64,000 nucleotides of DNA from Eledone cirrhosa (taxonomy: Eukaryota), in the NCBI GenBank assembly GCA_964016885.1, contig OZ024765.1:16244001-16308000 (forward strand). Reading direction: 5' to 3'. Of the stretch, positions 42,240 through 54,920 are shown piece by piece; position 1 is the stretch's first letter; every line of letters starts with the position of its first letter. The position numbers and the translations under genes were made by a program. The notes below the pieces were generated by a model. The model made no database searches. It saw only the letters and a program-made list of their open reading frames with translations, and was not told the origin of the DNA.

Positions 42240-44220
42240 TGTAGTGGTGTAGGTTATGGTGGTGGTGTTGCTGTAGGTTATGGTGGTGGTGGTGTTGGTG
42301 TAGGTTATGGTGGTGCTAGAGTAGTGGTGGTGGCGGTAGTGGTGTAGGTTATGGTGGTGGTGGTGGTGGTGGTGTTGGTGTAGGTTATGGTGGTGGTGGA
42401 GTAGTGGTGGCGGTGGTAGTGGTGTAGGTTATGGTGGCGGTGGTGGTGTTGGTGTAGGTTATGGTGGTGGTGGAGTAGTGGTGGCGGTGGTAGTGGTGTA
42501 GGTTATGGTGGTGTTGGTGTAGGTTACGGTGGTGGTGGAGTAGTGGTGTAGGTTATGGTGGCGGTGGTGGTGTTTGTGTAGGTTGTGGTGGTGTAGGTTG
42601 TGGAGGTGGGGATAATGGTGATGGTGGGGATAGCGGTGGTTGTGGTGATGTTGGTGGTGGTAGAGTAAAGGTGGAGGCGGTGGTGGTGGTGGTGGCAGTG
42701 GTAGCTGTGTGGATAGTGGTGGTGTGTTGGCGGTTTTGGTAGTAATGGAGGTGGTGTTGGTAGTGGTGGTGTTGAAAGTGGTGGTGATGTTGGTGGTTTG
42801 TTAGATGAGGAAGAGGTTGGCATGGGAATGTGTACAGAAGAGTGGTGGTGGCGGTGGGAAGATAGTGGTTGTAGTTGTTGTTGGTGGTGCTGGTGGTGGT
42901 TGTGGTGGAGGTGGTTGGTGGTGGTGGTTGTATGGATGGTAGTGAAGGTGGTGGAGGTGGCGGTCGCGGTGGTTGTGGTTGGTGGGAGATGTCTGCATGT
43001 CACTTTTATTGTTGTTGTTGCTGGTACTGTAGTGGTGGTGGTGGTTGTGTTGATGGTAGTGAAGGTGGTGGAGGTGGCGGTGGTTGTGATCGGTGGTGGT
43101 GGTTGTATGGATGGTAGTGAAGCTGGTGGAAGTGGCGGTGGTTGTGGTTGGTGGTGGTGGTTGTATGGATGGTAGTGAAGGTGGTGGAGGTGGTTGTGAT
43201 TGGTGGTGATGGTTGTATGGATGGTAGTGAAGGTGGTGGAGGTGGTGGTGGTTGTATGGATGGTAGTGAAGGAGGTGGCGGTCGCGGTGGTTGTATGGAT
43301 GGTAGTGAAGGTGGTGGAGGTGGCGGTGGTTGTGATTGGTGGTGGTGGTTGTATGGATGGTAGTGAAGGTGGTGGAGGTGGCGGTGGTTGTGATTGGTGG
43401 TGGTGGTTGTATGGATGGTAGTGAAAGGTGGTGGCGGTGGTTGTGATTGGTGGTGATGGTTGTATGGATGGTAGTGAAGGTGGTGGAGGTGGTGGTGGTT
43501 GTATGGATGGTAGTGAAGGAGGTGGCGGTCGCGGTGGTTGTATGGATGGTAGTAAAGGTGGTGGAGGTGGCGGTGGTTGTGATTGGTGGTGGGGGTTGTA
43601 TGGATGGTAGTGAAGGTGGTGGAGGTGGCGGTGGTTGTGATTGGTGGTGGTGGTTGTATGGATGGTAGTGAAAGGTGGTGGCGGTGGTTGTGATTGGTGG
43701 TGATGGTTGTATGGATGGTAGTGAAGGTGGTGGAGGTGGTGGTGGTTGTATGGATGGTAGTGAAGGAGGTGGCGGTCGCGGTGGTTGTATGGATGGTAGT
43801 AAAGGTGGTGGAGGTGGCGGTGGTTGTGATTGGTGGTGGGGGTTGTATGGATGGTAGTGAAGGTGGTGGAGGTGGCGGTGGCTGTATAGATGGTAGTGAA
43901 GGTGGTGGAGGTGGCGGTGGTTGTATAGATGGTAGTGAAGGTGGTGGAGGTGGCGGTGGTTGTATAGATGGTAGTGAAGATGGTGGAGGTGGCGGTGGTT
44001 GTGGTTGGTGGGAGATGTCGGCATGTAACTTTTATTGTTTCTGTTGCTGGTACTGTAGTGGTGGTGGCGGTTGTGGTGGTGGTTTGGGTGGCAGTATTGG
44101 TGGTTGTGTTGGTGGTGGTATTGGCGGACGATGACATTGAGATGTGTATGGTGTATTGTTGGTAGAGGATGACATGGATTTGTACTTGCTGCGCCGGTGG
44201 TGGTGGTGGTGGTGGTGGGG
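42240..44220. repeat. (GGT)n-derived minisatellite with 247-bp higher-order period
   Basis: GTATGGATGGTAGTGAAGGTGGTGGAGG units; equivalent ORF starts at 43200, 43447, 43694. Confidence 0.9.
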
Positions 44221-44430
44221 GTAGTAGACCTAGCGTTCTCTCTGTGTAAAGATGGGGACGTTATAGTGACGTCATAGTCACGTGTGAAGTAGTAGGAATG
44301 GAGGTTATAGTGGCATTCTGTAAGGATTGGTGTGACTGAATGACTGGTTGGATGGCTGGATCGTAGATATATGGATAGACAAATAGATAGATATATAGAC
44401 ACACATAGATATATATATATAGATAGATAT

Positions 44431-45645
44431 GTTTCTTTATTAGCCACAGGGGCACAAAAGAAGGGGACAATACAAAGGGGGAAGTTTACATACAATAAAA
44501 ACATGTAAAATATTATCACAAATGCAATTTAAAAATTAGTCGATTTTCCCCAATAGGGGGAGACATTACATATGGGTAACACATACCCCCGAAAAAAAAT
44601 GTGCAACCCTCATCTCCAGGAGTACGAAGAGTTTGTACTCCCTACCTCTCCTCCTCTTTTTTCCTCAACCTACAGGCTGATATAGAGAGAAGGTCCATTC
44701 ACTCGGGCCATTCTCGCCACTTTCACCCACCTTTCATAAAACTTGCTGGGGTACAGCACCTCTCTCTCCATCCTGATTCTTCTTCCAAAGTGGTATTTGA
44801 TAGATAGATAGATGTTTCTTTATTAGCCACAGGGGCACAAAAGAAGGGGACAAATATAAAGGGGGAAGTTTACATACAATAAAAACATGTAAAATATTAT
44901 CACAAATGCAATTTAAAAATTAGTCGATTTTCCCCAATAGGGGGAGACATTACATATGGGTAACACATACCCCCGAAAAAAAATGTGCAACCCTCATCTC
45001 CAGGAGTACGAAGAGTTTGTACTCCCTACCTCTCCTCCTCTTTTTCCTCAACCTAGAGGCTGATATAGAGAGAAGGCCCATTCACTCGAGCCATTCTCGC
45101 CACTTTCACCCACCTTTCATAAAACTTGCTGGGGTACAGCACCTCTCTCTCCATCCTGGTTCTTCTTCCAAAGTGGTATTTGATAGATAGATAGATTTCT
45201 TTATTTGCCACGAGGGTACACAAGAAATGGGATATTACAAGTCGTGAAGGCGAGGCTTTTACATGAAAGTTGTATAAACTGATATATAGATACATAAATA
45301 GGTACATAGCTAGTTAGCTAGCTATGTACCTATTAGCTAGATAGATAGATAGATTTATTTATTTGCTACAAGGGCGCACAAGGAAAGGGGACACTACAAA
45401 GACATATGGCGGGGATTTTACATACAGTCGTGTAAAAAATTTCAACATAAAAATTCAACAAACGAAATCCCCAATAGGGGGGAGGTGTTACAAATGGGTT
45501 GTTTTATACCCCGTAGATAGAACGACCCTCAACTCGAGGAGCATGTGTGTGCAAGTGCTCCTTTCTTCTTTTCGGTCTCTTCCTCAACCTACAGGTTTAT
45601 ATACAGAGAAGGCCCAATCATTCGGGCCATTCTCGCCACCTTTCA
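44431..45645 (-). mobile_element. Tandem 3' ends of a non-LTR element (probably Tx1/L1 clade) in (GATA)n
   Basis: Two 383-bp near-identical copies (44431, 44814) plus fragments at 45196 and 45358; ORF end KYHFGRR.RMEREVLYPSKFYERWVKVARMARVNGPSLYISL*; AATAAAGAAA then (CTAT)n. Confidence 0.65.
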
Positions 45646-45798
45646 GATAGATAGGTAGGTAGGTAGGTAGGTATGTAGTTAGATAGTAAAATATCGTTAT
45701 TTATTTATTTATTTATTTATTATTATTATTTTAAAGATAGATAGAGAGAGAGAGATGGATAGATAGATAGATAGATAGATACAAATATAGAGAGTAAG

Positions 45799-45833
<35 letters not shown>

Positions 45834-45834
45834 A

Positions 45835-46105
45835 GGAAGCTCCAACCGTTAAGGTTGTCTTTTTTGCCGGGTAAGTCAATATTTATTTATAAAACAAATT
45901 TGTATTTTATCTGATGAAAGCGCACCATAAATTGCCTTGGTGGCCCTTGAAATTTGTATAATAAAATAAATATGGTTTTATAAATATAGTTTCCATTTAT
46001 TAATATATTGCGTATTTACTCCATTAACTGTTGAGTGCTTTATATCAGTTATAAAAAAAAATGTTTAAGCTTGTTGAATCCCAACAAATTAAATTTAACC
46101 TCTGC

Positions 46106-46106
<1 letters not shown>
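45835..46106 (+). mobile_element. Penelope-like pLTR (family D)
   Basis: Hammerhead, then AATAAA and GAGTGC; lies between (TA)n and TA/TG tracts. Confidence 0.75.
45903..45968 (+). ncRNA. Type I hammerhead ribozyme motif
   Basis: TATTTTAT-CTGATGA-AAGCGCACCA..TGGTGGCCCTT-GAAA-TTTGTA-TA-ATAAAATA. Confidence 0.75.
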
Positions 46107-46145
<39 letters not shown>

Positions 46146-46574
46146 GCGTGTGTGTGTGTGTGTGTGTAGATAGATGAATGGACGATCAAATTAGTGTGTT
46201 TGTAATTCATTGTGCGGCTGTCAATAGATAGACAATATGGAGGGATGTGGTGGTTGATTAGAGCATTTGTTAAATACGATGATTGGAAGTTTTTGTGGGG
46301 GGTGGGGTGGAATATGTCGGAAACTCATTGTCGTTAGAACTTATACAATTGTTTAGATATATTTCTATGTCTGATGTTATATAGATGTACGTGGTCGGGT
46401 CAATAATCTCTAATACTCGGTATGAAAAGAAAAAGCTAGAACATTCAAACGAATTTTATTTGAAAATACATTCAATACTAGTAAAGAAAACATTAATAAA
46501 GTTATGTATATAAAAGAAAAAGAGAGAGTATATGTCTTAATCCGTATGGTGTGCAAATGGGATCTCATTTGCTG

Positions 46575-47032
46575 GCCTCCTCACAGCCCCGGCGGACAGA
46601 ATGGAGAAGGCGTTTCCCCAGAGGATGGTAAGAGAGATGCGCTGGAAGAGCCATTCCATCTCGCGAGGCTCACACCAGCGGCTGGCCAGCTCAGCGTCTA
46701 TGGTGGTGAATATGGAGGTAGCCCTAGCGCCAACGATACCAGAAGTCTCCACTTGCCAAGGGCTTGACCGCTAACCCGTCGGAGTGCGACCGATACTTGG
46801 AGAGTTTGGCCTCCTCAGCCCGAAGTGCAGCATTACCTGAGTTAGTCACAGACAGCACCAGGTTGCGGCTGGAGAAAGTGTCTCTGCCAGTGGCATCCCA
46901 GACGAGGGGTTTGCGACCACAGAACGGAACGGGAAGATGGTCATACCGTCTGGCCTTTTGCCGCCCCCTCGATGCAGCCCTACCTGCTCAAGCTGTTAGG
47001 GGAAGCCTGCAGCGTCCAAGCCATGCTTTATG
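46575..47032 (-). pseudogene. CRE-clade non-LTR retrotransposon restriction-like endonuclease remnant
   Basis: Across 2 frameshifts and 1 stop: IKHGLDAAGFP*QLEQVGLHRGGGKRPDGMTIFPF / LVWDATGRDTFS..AEEAKLSKY..PLA / VETSG..EPREMEWLFQRISLTILWGNAFSIL. Confidence 0.85.
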
Positions 47033-47044
47033 CCAATATGCACT

Positions 47045-47212
47045 TACTGGTTTTCACTTCAATTTATTATAAATTTCCGGTTAGTTGGTTCGATAAGCGG
47101 ATGGTTGTTTATATATTGTCAAAGCTCTTTCGTCACACATTCTGTGACCTCCACAGTGACTAGGTTTTTATTTAGTATCTCTCTCTTTTGTTCTATCCTA
47201 CACCATGTTGTT
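47045..47212 (-). mobile_element. Family A pLTR fragment with hammerhead motif at 47118-47160
   Basis: Reverse: GTCA-CTGTGGA-G-GTCACA-GAATG-TGTGAC-GAAA-GAGC-TT-TGAC (perfect stem II, A6 mutated). Confidence 0.7.
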
Positions 47213-47224
47213 GGCAAAATGTCC

Positions 47225-47525
47225 CTCCCAAAGTAGTTACTGTTGGTTAACCCAGGTGGGCACTCGATGTTTAGATTCACGTCGGTAACGAGGTGTAAGG
47301 CTAAACAGAGTGTAAACATAATAATACTAGGACGATTTGTTATGTCTTCACTACGCTTATTGATTGATGACGCGCGTTTCGCTACTGATCAGCTCAAGTT
47401 TATGACAGCAGAGATAGGCCCCACGAGCTTTTGATTCCAGAGTCGGGCCAGATCGAACATGAGCTGATCAGTTGCGAAACGTGCGTAACCAATGAATAAA
47501 CGTAATGAAGGCATAACAAATCGTC
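47225..47525 (-). mobile_element. Penelope-like pLTR (family I) with ~66-bp inverted arms
   Basis: 47331-47396 / 47460-47525; each arm starts TGA-GCT-GATCAGT-(A/T)GC-GAAA-CG(C/T)GCG-T(C/A), a hammerhead truncated inside the core. Confidence 0.65.
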
Positions 47526-47527
47526 AA

Positions 47528-47702
47528 GTATCGGTAGAGGGTCGGACGCTATGTTTTGCAGCATAGATTTATGCCCCTTTACTCTCTAAGTTCAAATACC
47601 GCCGAGATTAACTTCGCCTTTCATCGCTATGGGCTCGATAGAATAAAGTACCCGTAATGCACTCGCATAATTGCTGGCCTTGTGCCAAAAGTAGAAACAA
47701 TT
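47528..47702 (+). mobile_element. Octopus-type SINE
   Basis: Core and tail motifs. Confidence 0.85.
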
Positions 47703-47719
47703 TTTGCAAGAGGTGTCAA

Positions 47720-47930
47720 CATGAATGGACCTGTTATTTTTATCTAAAGACATTTTTTTTCCAATTCCACCACGCCCGTCACTTCAATATATCTTATTTC
47801 TCATTCTTTCTTCTGATGAAGGACTAGCGTCCGAAACGTTAAGTCCCTCTTCCTGCTATATCAAGCTTTAACCTAATATATTCCTTCCATATTTTGTACC
47901 GATTGTGTTGTTATTTCTGTTTACCATTTA
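47720..47930 (+). mobile_element. Family C pLTR fragment with minimal hammerhead at 47810-47843
   Basis: CTT-CTGATGA-A-GGAC-TAGC-GTCC-GAAA-CG-TT-AAG. Confidence 0.7.
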
Positions 47931-47943
47931 CACACACACATAC

Positions 47944-48037
<94 letters not shown>

Positions 48038-48147
48038 CTATTTTTAACCTGATTAGTTCTTTCGTTGCTTTGGTATTGTGTGGTTGGGTTTTGCCGACCG
48101 CAATTTTCAATTTGTCAAGCTATTTAAACGTAATGTTATTACTCTAA

Positions 48148-48332
48148 TGGTGGTGGATTGGCAGTATCGGTAGAGGGTCGGACGCCATGCTTTCCAGCAT
48201 AGTTACGTCCCTTTATGATCTGAGTTCAAATCCCGCTGAGGTTGACTTTGCCTTTCATCCTTACGGAGTCGATAAAATAAAGTACCAGTAATGCACTGGG
48301 TAATTGCTGGCCTTGTGCCTAAAGTAGAAACA
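48148..48332 (+). mobile_element. Full-length Octopus-type SINE with 13-bp TSD
   Basis: GTTATTACTCTAA at 48135-48147 and 48333-48345. Confidence 0.95.
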
Positions 48333-48454
48333 GTTATTACTCTAAGGACCTACCCTTATTGAGTGCTTTGCTACTCATTCCTTATTGTAGGTTTGACTTT
48401 GCTTGGTCACAGCCAAAGCTTCGATTTTACTAAGCTTCCACTTGTATTTATAAA

Positions 48455-48513
<59 letters not shown>

Positions 48514-48777
48514 AGTGACAGTGATTATCTATCTATACATACATCCAACCATATATCCATACATAAACATATATACATACACACATAAATCGTGTTTGGT
48601 AGAGGTGTGTAAATATATTCATAAATTTCTATTGAAAGCCATAAACTGGACAACTATCGCCAATCAAACTAATTTAACGTATATTATACCTTGTTATAAT
48701 ACAATCTAATACGATTGCCTTGTACCCCGCCTCTTCATTTGATTATCATTCTAGTATATATATACATATATATATAT

Positions 48778-48831
<54 letters not shown>

Positions 48832-48991
48832 AGTGATGTAGTTTGCTTCAAGATATTGTTGAATAGGAAACACAAATCCGAATAATTTTGAGAACCATAA
48901 AATGCACTAGAAAGATAAGATTCTTTAGTTATCTTACAATTTTAATTTTCTTTCTAGTGCATTGTATGGTTTTCACAATGATTTAAATGTG

Positions 48992-49042
<51 letters not shown>

Positions 49043-49084
49043 TTCAAAATATTAACAAAAATATAACTTCATTGTGATCACGTA

Positions 49085-49151
49085 TATTTTATTATACATA
49101 TTTCAGAGGTACTGAGCTAACTTCAACAGTACATCCTCATCAGATAAAATA
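49085..49151 (-). ncRNA. Type I hammerhead ribozyme motif (family F element ~49040-49215, between (TA)n tracts)
   Basis: Reverse: TATTTTAT-CTGATGA-GGATGTACTG..CAGTACCTCT-GAAA-TATGTA-TA-ATAAAATA. Confidence 0.8.
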
Positions 49152-49211
49152 AGATGATGCATGACATACCCTGACATTCTTTGATTTATTCATTGAACTT
49201 TGTTTAACCTT

Positions 49212-49284
<73 letters not shown>

Positions 49285-49359
49285 GCGGCGAAGAGGCAGA
49301 GTCGTTAAGACCTTGGATAGAATGTTTTATGTTATTCGTCCCTCCAGTAATCATAAGAA

Positions 49360-51420
49360 TCACAGCCTGTTTCACCCAACCGTACGCTCAGCAAGTAAGT
49401 ATTGCCTGCCTAGTGGGTGACCTAAAATGCACTGCTCAAAGTCACCATAGGCTTAAATCCCCAGTGTCAAGCTTAAACATCGTAGGCTGTTCAGACCAAC
49501 CGTACGCTCAGCAAGTAAGTATTACCTGCTCAGTGGGTGAGTTAAAATGCTTTGCCAAAAGTCACCGTAGCCTGATCTAAGCAAAGTTGTCTGGAACAAA
49601 TATAGGTTCATCTAAACAACTTGTACATGGTCAGAGTGTCAACTAAAACAGACGGCTCAAATCCCGAGTGTCAAGCATAAACTTCATATTATCTGCTCAG
49701 TGTCCGACCTAAAATGCGCTGCTCAATGTCACCATAGCCTAACCTAAGACAGGCTGTCTTGAGCAACCATAGGCTCATGTAAACAACTATTACTTGGTTA
49801 GAGTCTGAACTAAAAATGTCGGCTCAAGTCCTCAGTTTCAAGCTTAAATATCATATTACCTGCTCAGTGGGTAAGCTAAAATGCGCTGCCCAAAGTCACC
49901 ATATCCTCACCTAAGAGAAGCTGTCTGTAGTAAACATAGGCTCATCTAAACAACTATTCCTTGGTCAGAGTCTGAACTAAATAAGACGGCTCAAATTCCG
50001 AGTGACAAGCTTAAAAATCGTAGGCTGTTCAGACCAATCGTACGCTCAGTAAGTAAGCATCACTTGCTCAGTGGGTGAGCTAAAATGCACTGCTCAAAGT
50101 CACCATAGGCTTAAATCACTAGTGTCAAGCTTAAACATCATATTAATTACTCAGTGAGTGACCTAAAATTCACTGTTCAATGTCACTATATGCTCAAATC
50201 CCCAGTGTCAAGCTTAAACATCGTAGGCTGTTCACACCAACCTTACGCTCAGCAAGTAAGTATTACCTGTTCAGTGGGTGAGCTAAAATGCACTGCTCAA
50301 AGTCACCATAGGCTTAAATCACTAGTGTCAAGCTTAAACATCATATTACTTACTCAGTGAGTGACCTAAAATTCACTGTTCAATGTCACTATATGCTCAA
50401 ATCCCCAGTGTCAAGCTTAAACATCGTAGGCTGTTCAGACCAACCGTACGCTCAGCAAATAAGTATTACCTGCTCAGTGGGTGAGCTAAAATGCACTGCT
50501 CAAAGTCACCATAGGCTTAAATCACTAGTGTCAAGCTTAAAAATCATATTACTTACTCAGTGAGTGACCTAAAATTCACTGTTCAATGTCACTATATGCT
50601 CAAATCCCCAGTGTCAAGCTTAAACATCGTAGGCTGTTCACACCAACCGTACGCTCAGCAAGTAAGTATTACCTGTTCAGTGGGTGAGCTACAATGCACT
50701 GCTCAAAGTCACCATAGGCTTAAATCACTAGTGTCAAGCTTAAACATCATATTACTTACTCAGTGAGTGACCTAAAATTCACTGTTCAATGTCACTATAT
50801 GCTCAAATCCCCAGTGTCAAGCTTAAACATCGTAGGCTGTTCAGACCAACCGTACGCTCAGCAAATAAGTATTACCTGCTCAGTGGGTGAGCTAAAATGC
50901 ACTGCTCAAAGTCACCATAGGCTTAAATCACTAGTGTCAAGCTTAAACATCATATTACTTACTCAGTGAGTGACCTAAAATTCACTGTTCAATGTCACTA
51001 TATGCTCAAATCCCCAGTGTCAAGCTTAAACATCGTAGGCTGTTCAGACCAACCGTACGCTCAGCAAATAAGTATTACCTGCTCAGTGGGTGAGCTAAAA
51101 TGCACTGCTCAAAGTCACCATAGGCTTAAATCACTAGTGTCAAGCTTAAACATCATATTACTTACTCAGTGAGTGACCTAAAATTCACTGTTCAATGTCA
51201 CTATATGCTCAAATCCCCAGTGTCAAGCTTAAACATCGTAGGCTGTTCAGACCAACCGTACGCTCAGCAAATAAGTATTACCTGCTCAGTGGGTGAGTTA
51301 AAATGCACTGCTCAAAGTCACCATAGCCTGACCTAAGAGACGTTGTCTGGAGCAAACATAGCCTCAACTAAACAACTAGTACATGGTTAGAGTCTGAACT
51401 AAACATAGACTGCTCAACCT
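49360..51420. repeat. Satellite array: ~6 homogeneous 203-bp units flanked by variant units
   Basis: Equivalent positions 50154, 50357, 50560, 50763, 50966, 51169; each unit holds two related subunits ending AGTGTCAAGCTTAAACATC. Confidence 0.95.
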
Positions 51421-51849
51421 CTTAAAAATCAAACACAAACTCGATAAGGAACCTTACAGAGTTAAGTTGAACCGAACGTGTGATCTCAACAGAGGTAAGG
51501 TTATATAATCAAACCTAGATTGCTCTCGTGTCTTGTCTCGTCTATTAGATTCAAAGCAATTTTATTGACAGAAAATCAAAAGAGTTAATATATATAAGTA
51601 TGTATCTTGGACCGTTAATGTACACACAGCCGAGAATATATTGACTATGGGAATGCACGGCTGAGCAATTAATTAAAAGATGTAATTATTATGGTAATAC
51701 GTATTAATTTTATACATTTATTATCTAGTAATTTCTTACGAAATATTGCATTTTAATTGAAACTATAATTTATTCAATATAATATTTTGGAAATTTAAGC
51801 GACCATAATCCTAATGAATAAATGTGTGCATGTTATTCGCCCCCCCCCC

Positions 51850-51891
<42 letters not shown>

Positions 51892-51928
51892 TTATATGAA
51901 ATTACACACATACAGACACAAATACACT

Positions 51929-51974
<46 letters not shown>

Positions 51975-52060
51975 CAAACACACGCACACATATATATATA
52001 TATATATATAAATATATATTTATTTATATGAAATTACACACATACAGACACAAATACACT

Positions 52061-52099
<39 letters not shown>

Positions 52100-52134
52100 T
52101 TATATGAAATTACACACATACAGACACAAATACA

Positions 52135-52170
<36 letters not shown>

Positions 52171-52747
52171 CACATACAAACACACGCACATATATATATA
52201 TATATATATATAAATACGGATATATATATATATATGCATGTGTGTGATGTGTGTGTGTGTGAACTAATATATTTATGTATATACAAGCCCACAAGCATAT
52301 GTATTCATACACACGTAGATATATAAAGGGCTGGGGGGGGGGCAGAGACGGCGGGAAATTTGGTGTTGGTGATGGTAATTAAGAGGTGAGATAGTGAAGA
52401 GTGTAAGGAAGAGGTGAGGTGTTATGGTTTGTGATGCCTGGTTGGAGAGAGAGAGAGAGGGGCGGGAGGGAGAGAGAGAGAGGTGACAAGAAGGGGACAG
52501 AGAGAGGGAGAGAGAGAGAAGGGATAAGAAGGAGATAGAGAGAGAGTGGGTGTAAGGAGGAGATAGAGAGACAGAGAGAAACAAGGTGAAAGGGTGAAAT
52601 TGAAGAGCAGATATGAGGAAAGATTTAAATATGTATATGTGTGTGTGTGACTGTTTATGCGTGTGCTTGTGTCTGTGTGAGTATATATATATATATATAT
52701 GTATAAATATATATAGAGAGAGATAGGTAAATATACACGGGTGTGTA

Positions 52748-52792
<45 letters not shown>

Positions 52793-52795
<3 letters not shown>

Positions 52796-52986
52796 ATATT
52801 AACAAATGGAAACTATATTTATAAAACCATTTTTATTTCATTATACATATTTCAAGGGCCACCAGAGCAAACTATATAGTTTCCATTTGTTAATATATTG
52901 TATTTACTCCAATAATTTGTTGAGTGCTTTATATCAGTTATAAAAATATTTTGCTTGTTGCATCCCAACAATTTAAATATAACCTC

Positions 52987-52990
<4 letters not shown>
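52793..52990. mobile_element. Family D pLTR fold-back with truncated hammerhead on the - strand
   Basis: Reverse TGGTGGCCCTT-GAAA-TATGTA-TA-ATGAAATA, then a switch to direct TATAGTTTCCATTTG..GAGTGC. Confidence 0.7.
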
Positions 52991-53024
<34 letters not shown>

Positions 53025-53027
<3 letters not shown>

Positions 53028-53280
53028 CGTTTCTGAATTTGTTTAGCAAGATTCTTTATCTGAAATCGTGTGTTGAAACCGATATTGTTATACTTTGGGA
53101 GGGTCATGTTGCCAATAAGAAACACACGCACATTGTAGTACCAACCAACCAACCGGAAATTTATAAATTTGTGGATTTGTAAATTTATAAATTTATAAAT
53201 ATATAATGAATTGAAGTGAAATCTACCTGTGCGTGTGTTTCTTATTGGCAACATGACCCTCCCAAAATATAACAATATAT
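53025..53280. mobile_element. Family A pLTR pieces in inverted arrangement
   Basis: 53081-53131 is inverted relative to 53228-53279. Confidence 0.75.
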
Positions 53281-53446
53281 ATATATATATATTTGGCCTC
53301 CATCGGTCACGAATTACCATGAGATTGGCATGAATTAGACATTGAGAATAAAACACAAGCCTTCATGCCTAGGAAACCCAAGATCAATATGAAAGATCAC
53401 AAAATGCTCCAGTATTATAAATATACTTTCCATTTATTTAATATCG

Positions 53447-53479
<33 letters not shown>

Positions 53480-53521
53480 TTCTACAGGACTAGAACTGTT
53501 TCATTCTTTAGAAATCATCAG

Positions 53522-53574
53522 GAGATTCCTGATGATTTCTAAAGAATGAAACAGTTCTAGTCCTGTAGAATCTC
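53522..53574 (+). ncRNA. Type I hammerhead ribozyme motif (family G) inside palindrome 53474-53576
   Basis: GAGATTC-CTGATGA-TTTC-TAAA-GAAT-GAAA-CAG-(8 nt)-CTG-TA-GAATCTC; 7-bp stem I, GUA triplet. Confidence 0.75.
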
Positions 53575-54059
53575 ATCTATATTAAAACTTTTATACTCTG
53601 CAATGTATTGAGTACCTTACTTACTGTGGTTACCTCCGATTCAACCAGGAATAACGTATATATATGGGAAATGAAAGAGAGAGAACTGGAAAAGCAGGTG
53701 ATAATAGAGAGAGGATATAAGGAAATGTATTGTAGGATAGAGGGAGAAAGGGGGGTAGAGAGAGAGGGAGTGAAGATAGAAAGTGGACAATAGACAGGGT
53801 GAAGAGGTGAGAGGTAGAGAGAGAGAACTGTGAGAGGGTGTGAAGATAGGGAAGGGACAATAGACAGGGTGAAGAGGTCAGAGGGAGAGAGAGGTAGAGA
53901 GAGAGAGAGAACTGTGAGAGGGGGTGGAGGTAGAGAGGGGACAATAGACAGGGTGAGACGGTGGGAGTGAGAGAGATGGAGAGATAGATATATATAGAAA
54001 GAGAAAGGGAGATGGGTAGAGAGAGAGGGGGGATAGGGTACAATAGAGAAGGGGAGGAG

Positions 54060-54085
54060 GTGAAAGAGAGAAAGAGAGTTAGGTA

Positions 54086-54116
<31 letters not shown>

Positions 54117-54888
54117 TGACCGACACAATAGATAGGGTGAGGAGGTGAGAGAGAGGAAGAGATTTAGGTAGAGAGAGAGAGAGAGAGCGACATAATAGAT
54201 AGGGTGAGGAGGTGAGAGAGAGGAACAGAGTTAGGTAGAGAGAGAGAGAGAGAGACCGACACAATAGATAGAGTGAGGAGGTGAGAGAGAGGAAGAGAGT
54301 TAGGTAGAGAGAGAGAGAGAGAGACCGACACAATAGATAGGGTGAGGAGGTGAGAGAGAGGAACAGAGTTAGGTAGAGAGAGAGAGAGACCGACACAATA
54401 GATAGGGTGAGGAGGTGAGAGAAAGGAACAGAGTTAGGTAGAGAGAGAGAGAGACCGACACAATAGATAGGGTGAGGAGGTGAGAGAGAGGAACAGAGTT
54501 AGGTAGAGAGAGAGAGACCGACACAATAGATAGAGTGAGGAGGTGAGAGAGAGGAAGAGAGTTAGGTAGAGAGAGAGAGACCGACACAATAGATAAGGGG
54601 AGGAGGTGAGACAGAGGAACCGAGTTAGGTAGAGAGAGAGAGAGAGAGGCCGACACAATAGATAGGGTGAGAGAGAGGAAGAGAGTTAGGTAGAGAGAGA
54701 GAGACCGACACAATAGATAGGGTGAGGAGGTGAGAGAGAGGAAGAGAGTTAGGTAGAGAGAGAGAGAGAGACCGACACAATAGATAGGGTGAGGAGGTGA
54801 GAGAGAGGAACAGAGTTAGGTAGAGAGAGAGAGAGAGACCGACTCAATAGATAGGGTGAGGATGTGAGAGAGAGGAACAGAGTTAGGT

Positions 54889-54920
<32 letters not shown>

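Noticed and set aside
42524-44519. 537/572-aa mucin- or extensin-like ORFs
   Set aside because: They come from the (GGT)n minisatellite; the peptide register switches within the ORF and there are no domain signals
48865-48997. Imperfect inverted repeat between (TA)n tracts
   Set aside because: Real but degenerate, with no ribozyme core or family match seen, so left unassigned
50154-51172. Five repeated 68-aa ORFs
   Set aside because: By-product of the 203-bp satellite, with GTG starts and a unit length not divisible by 3
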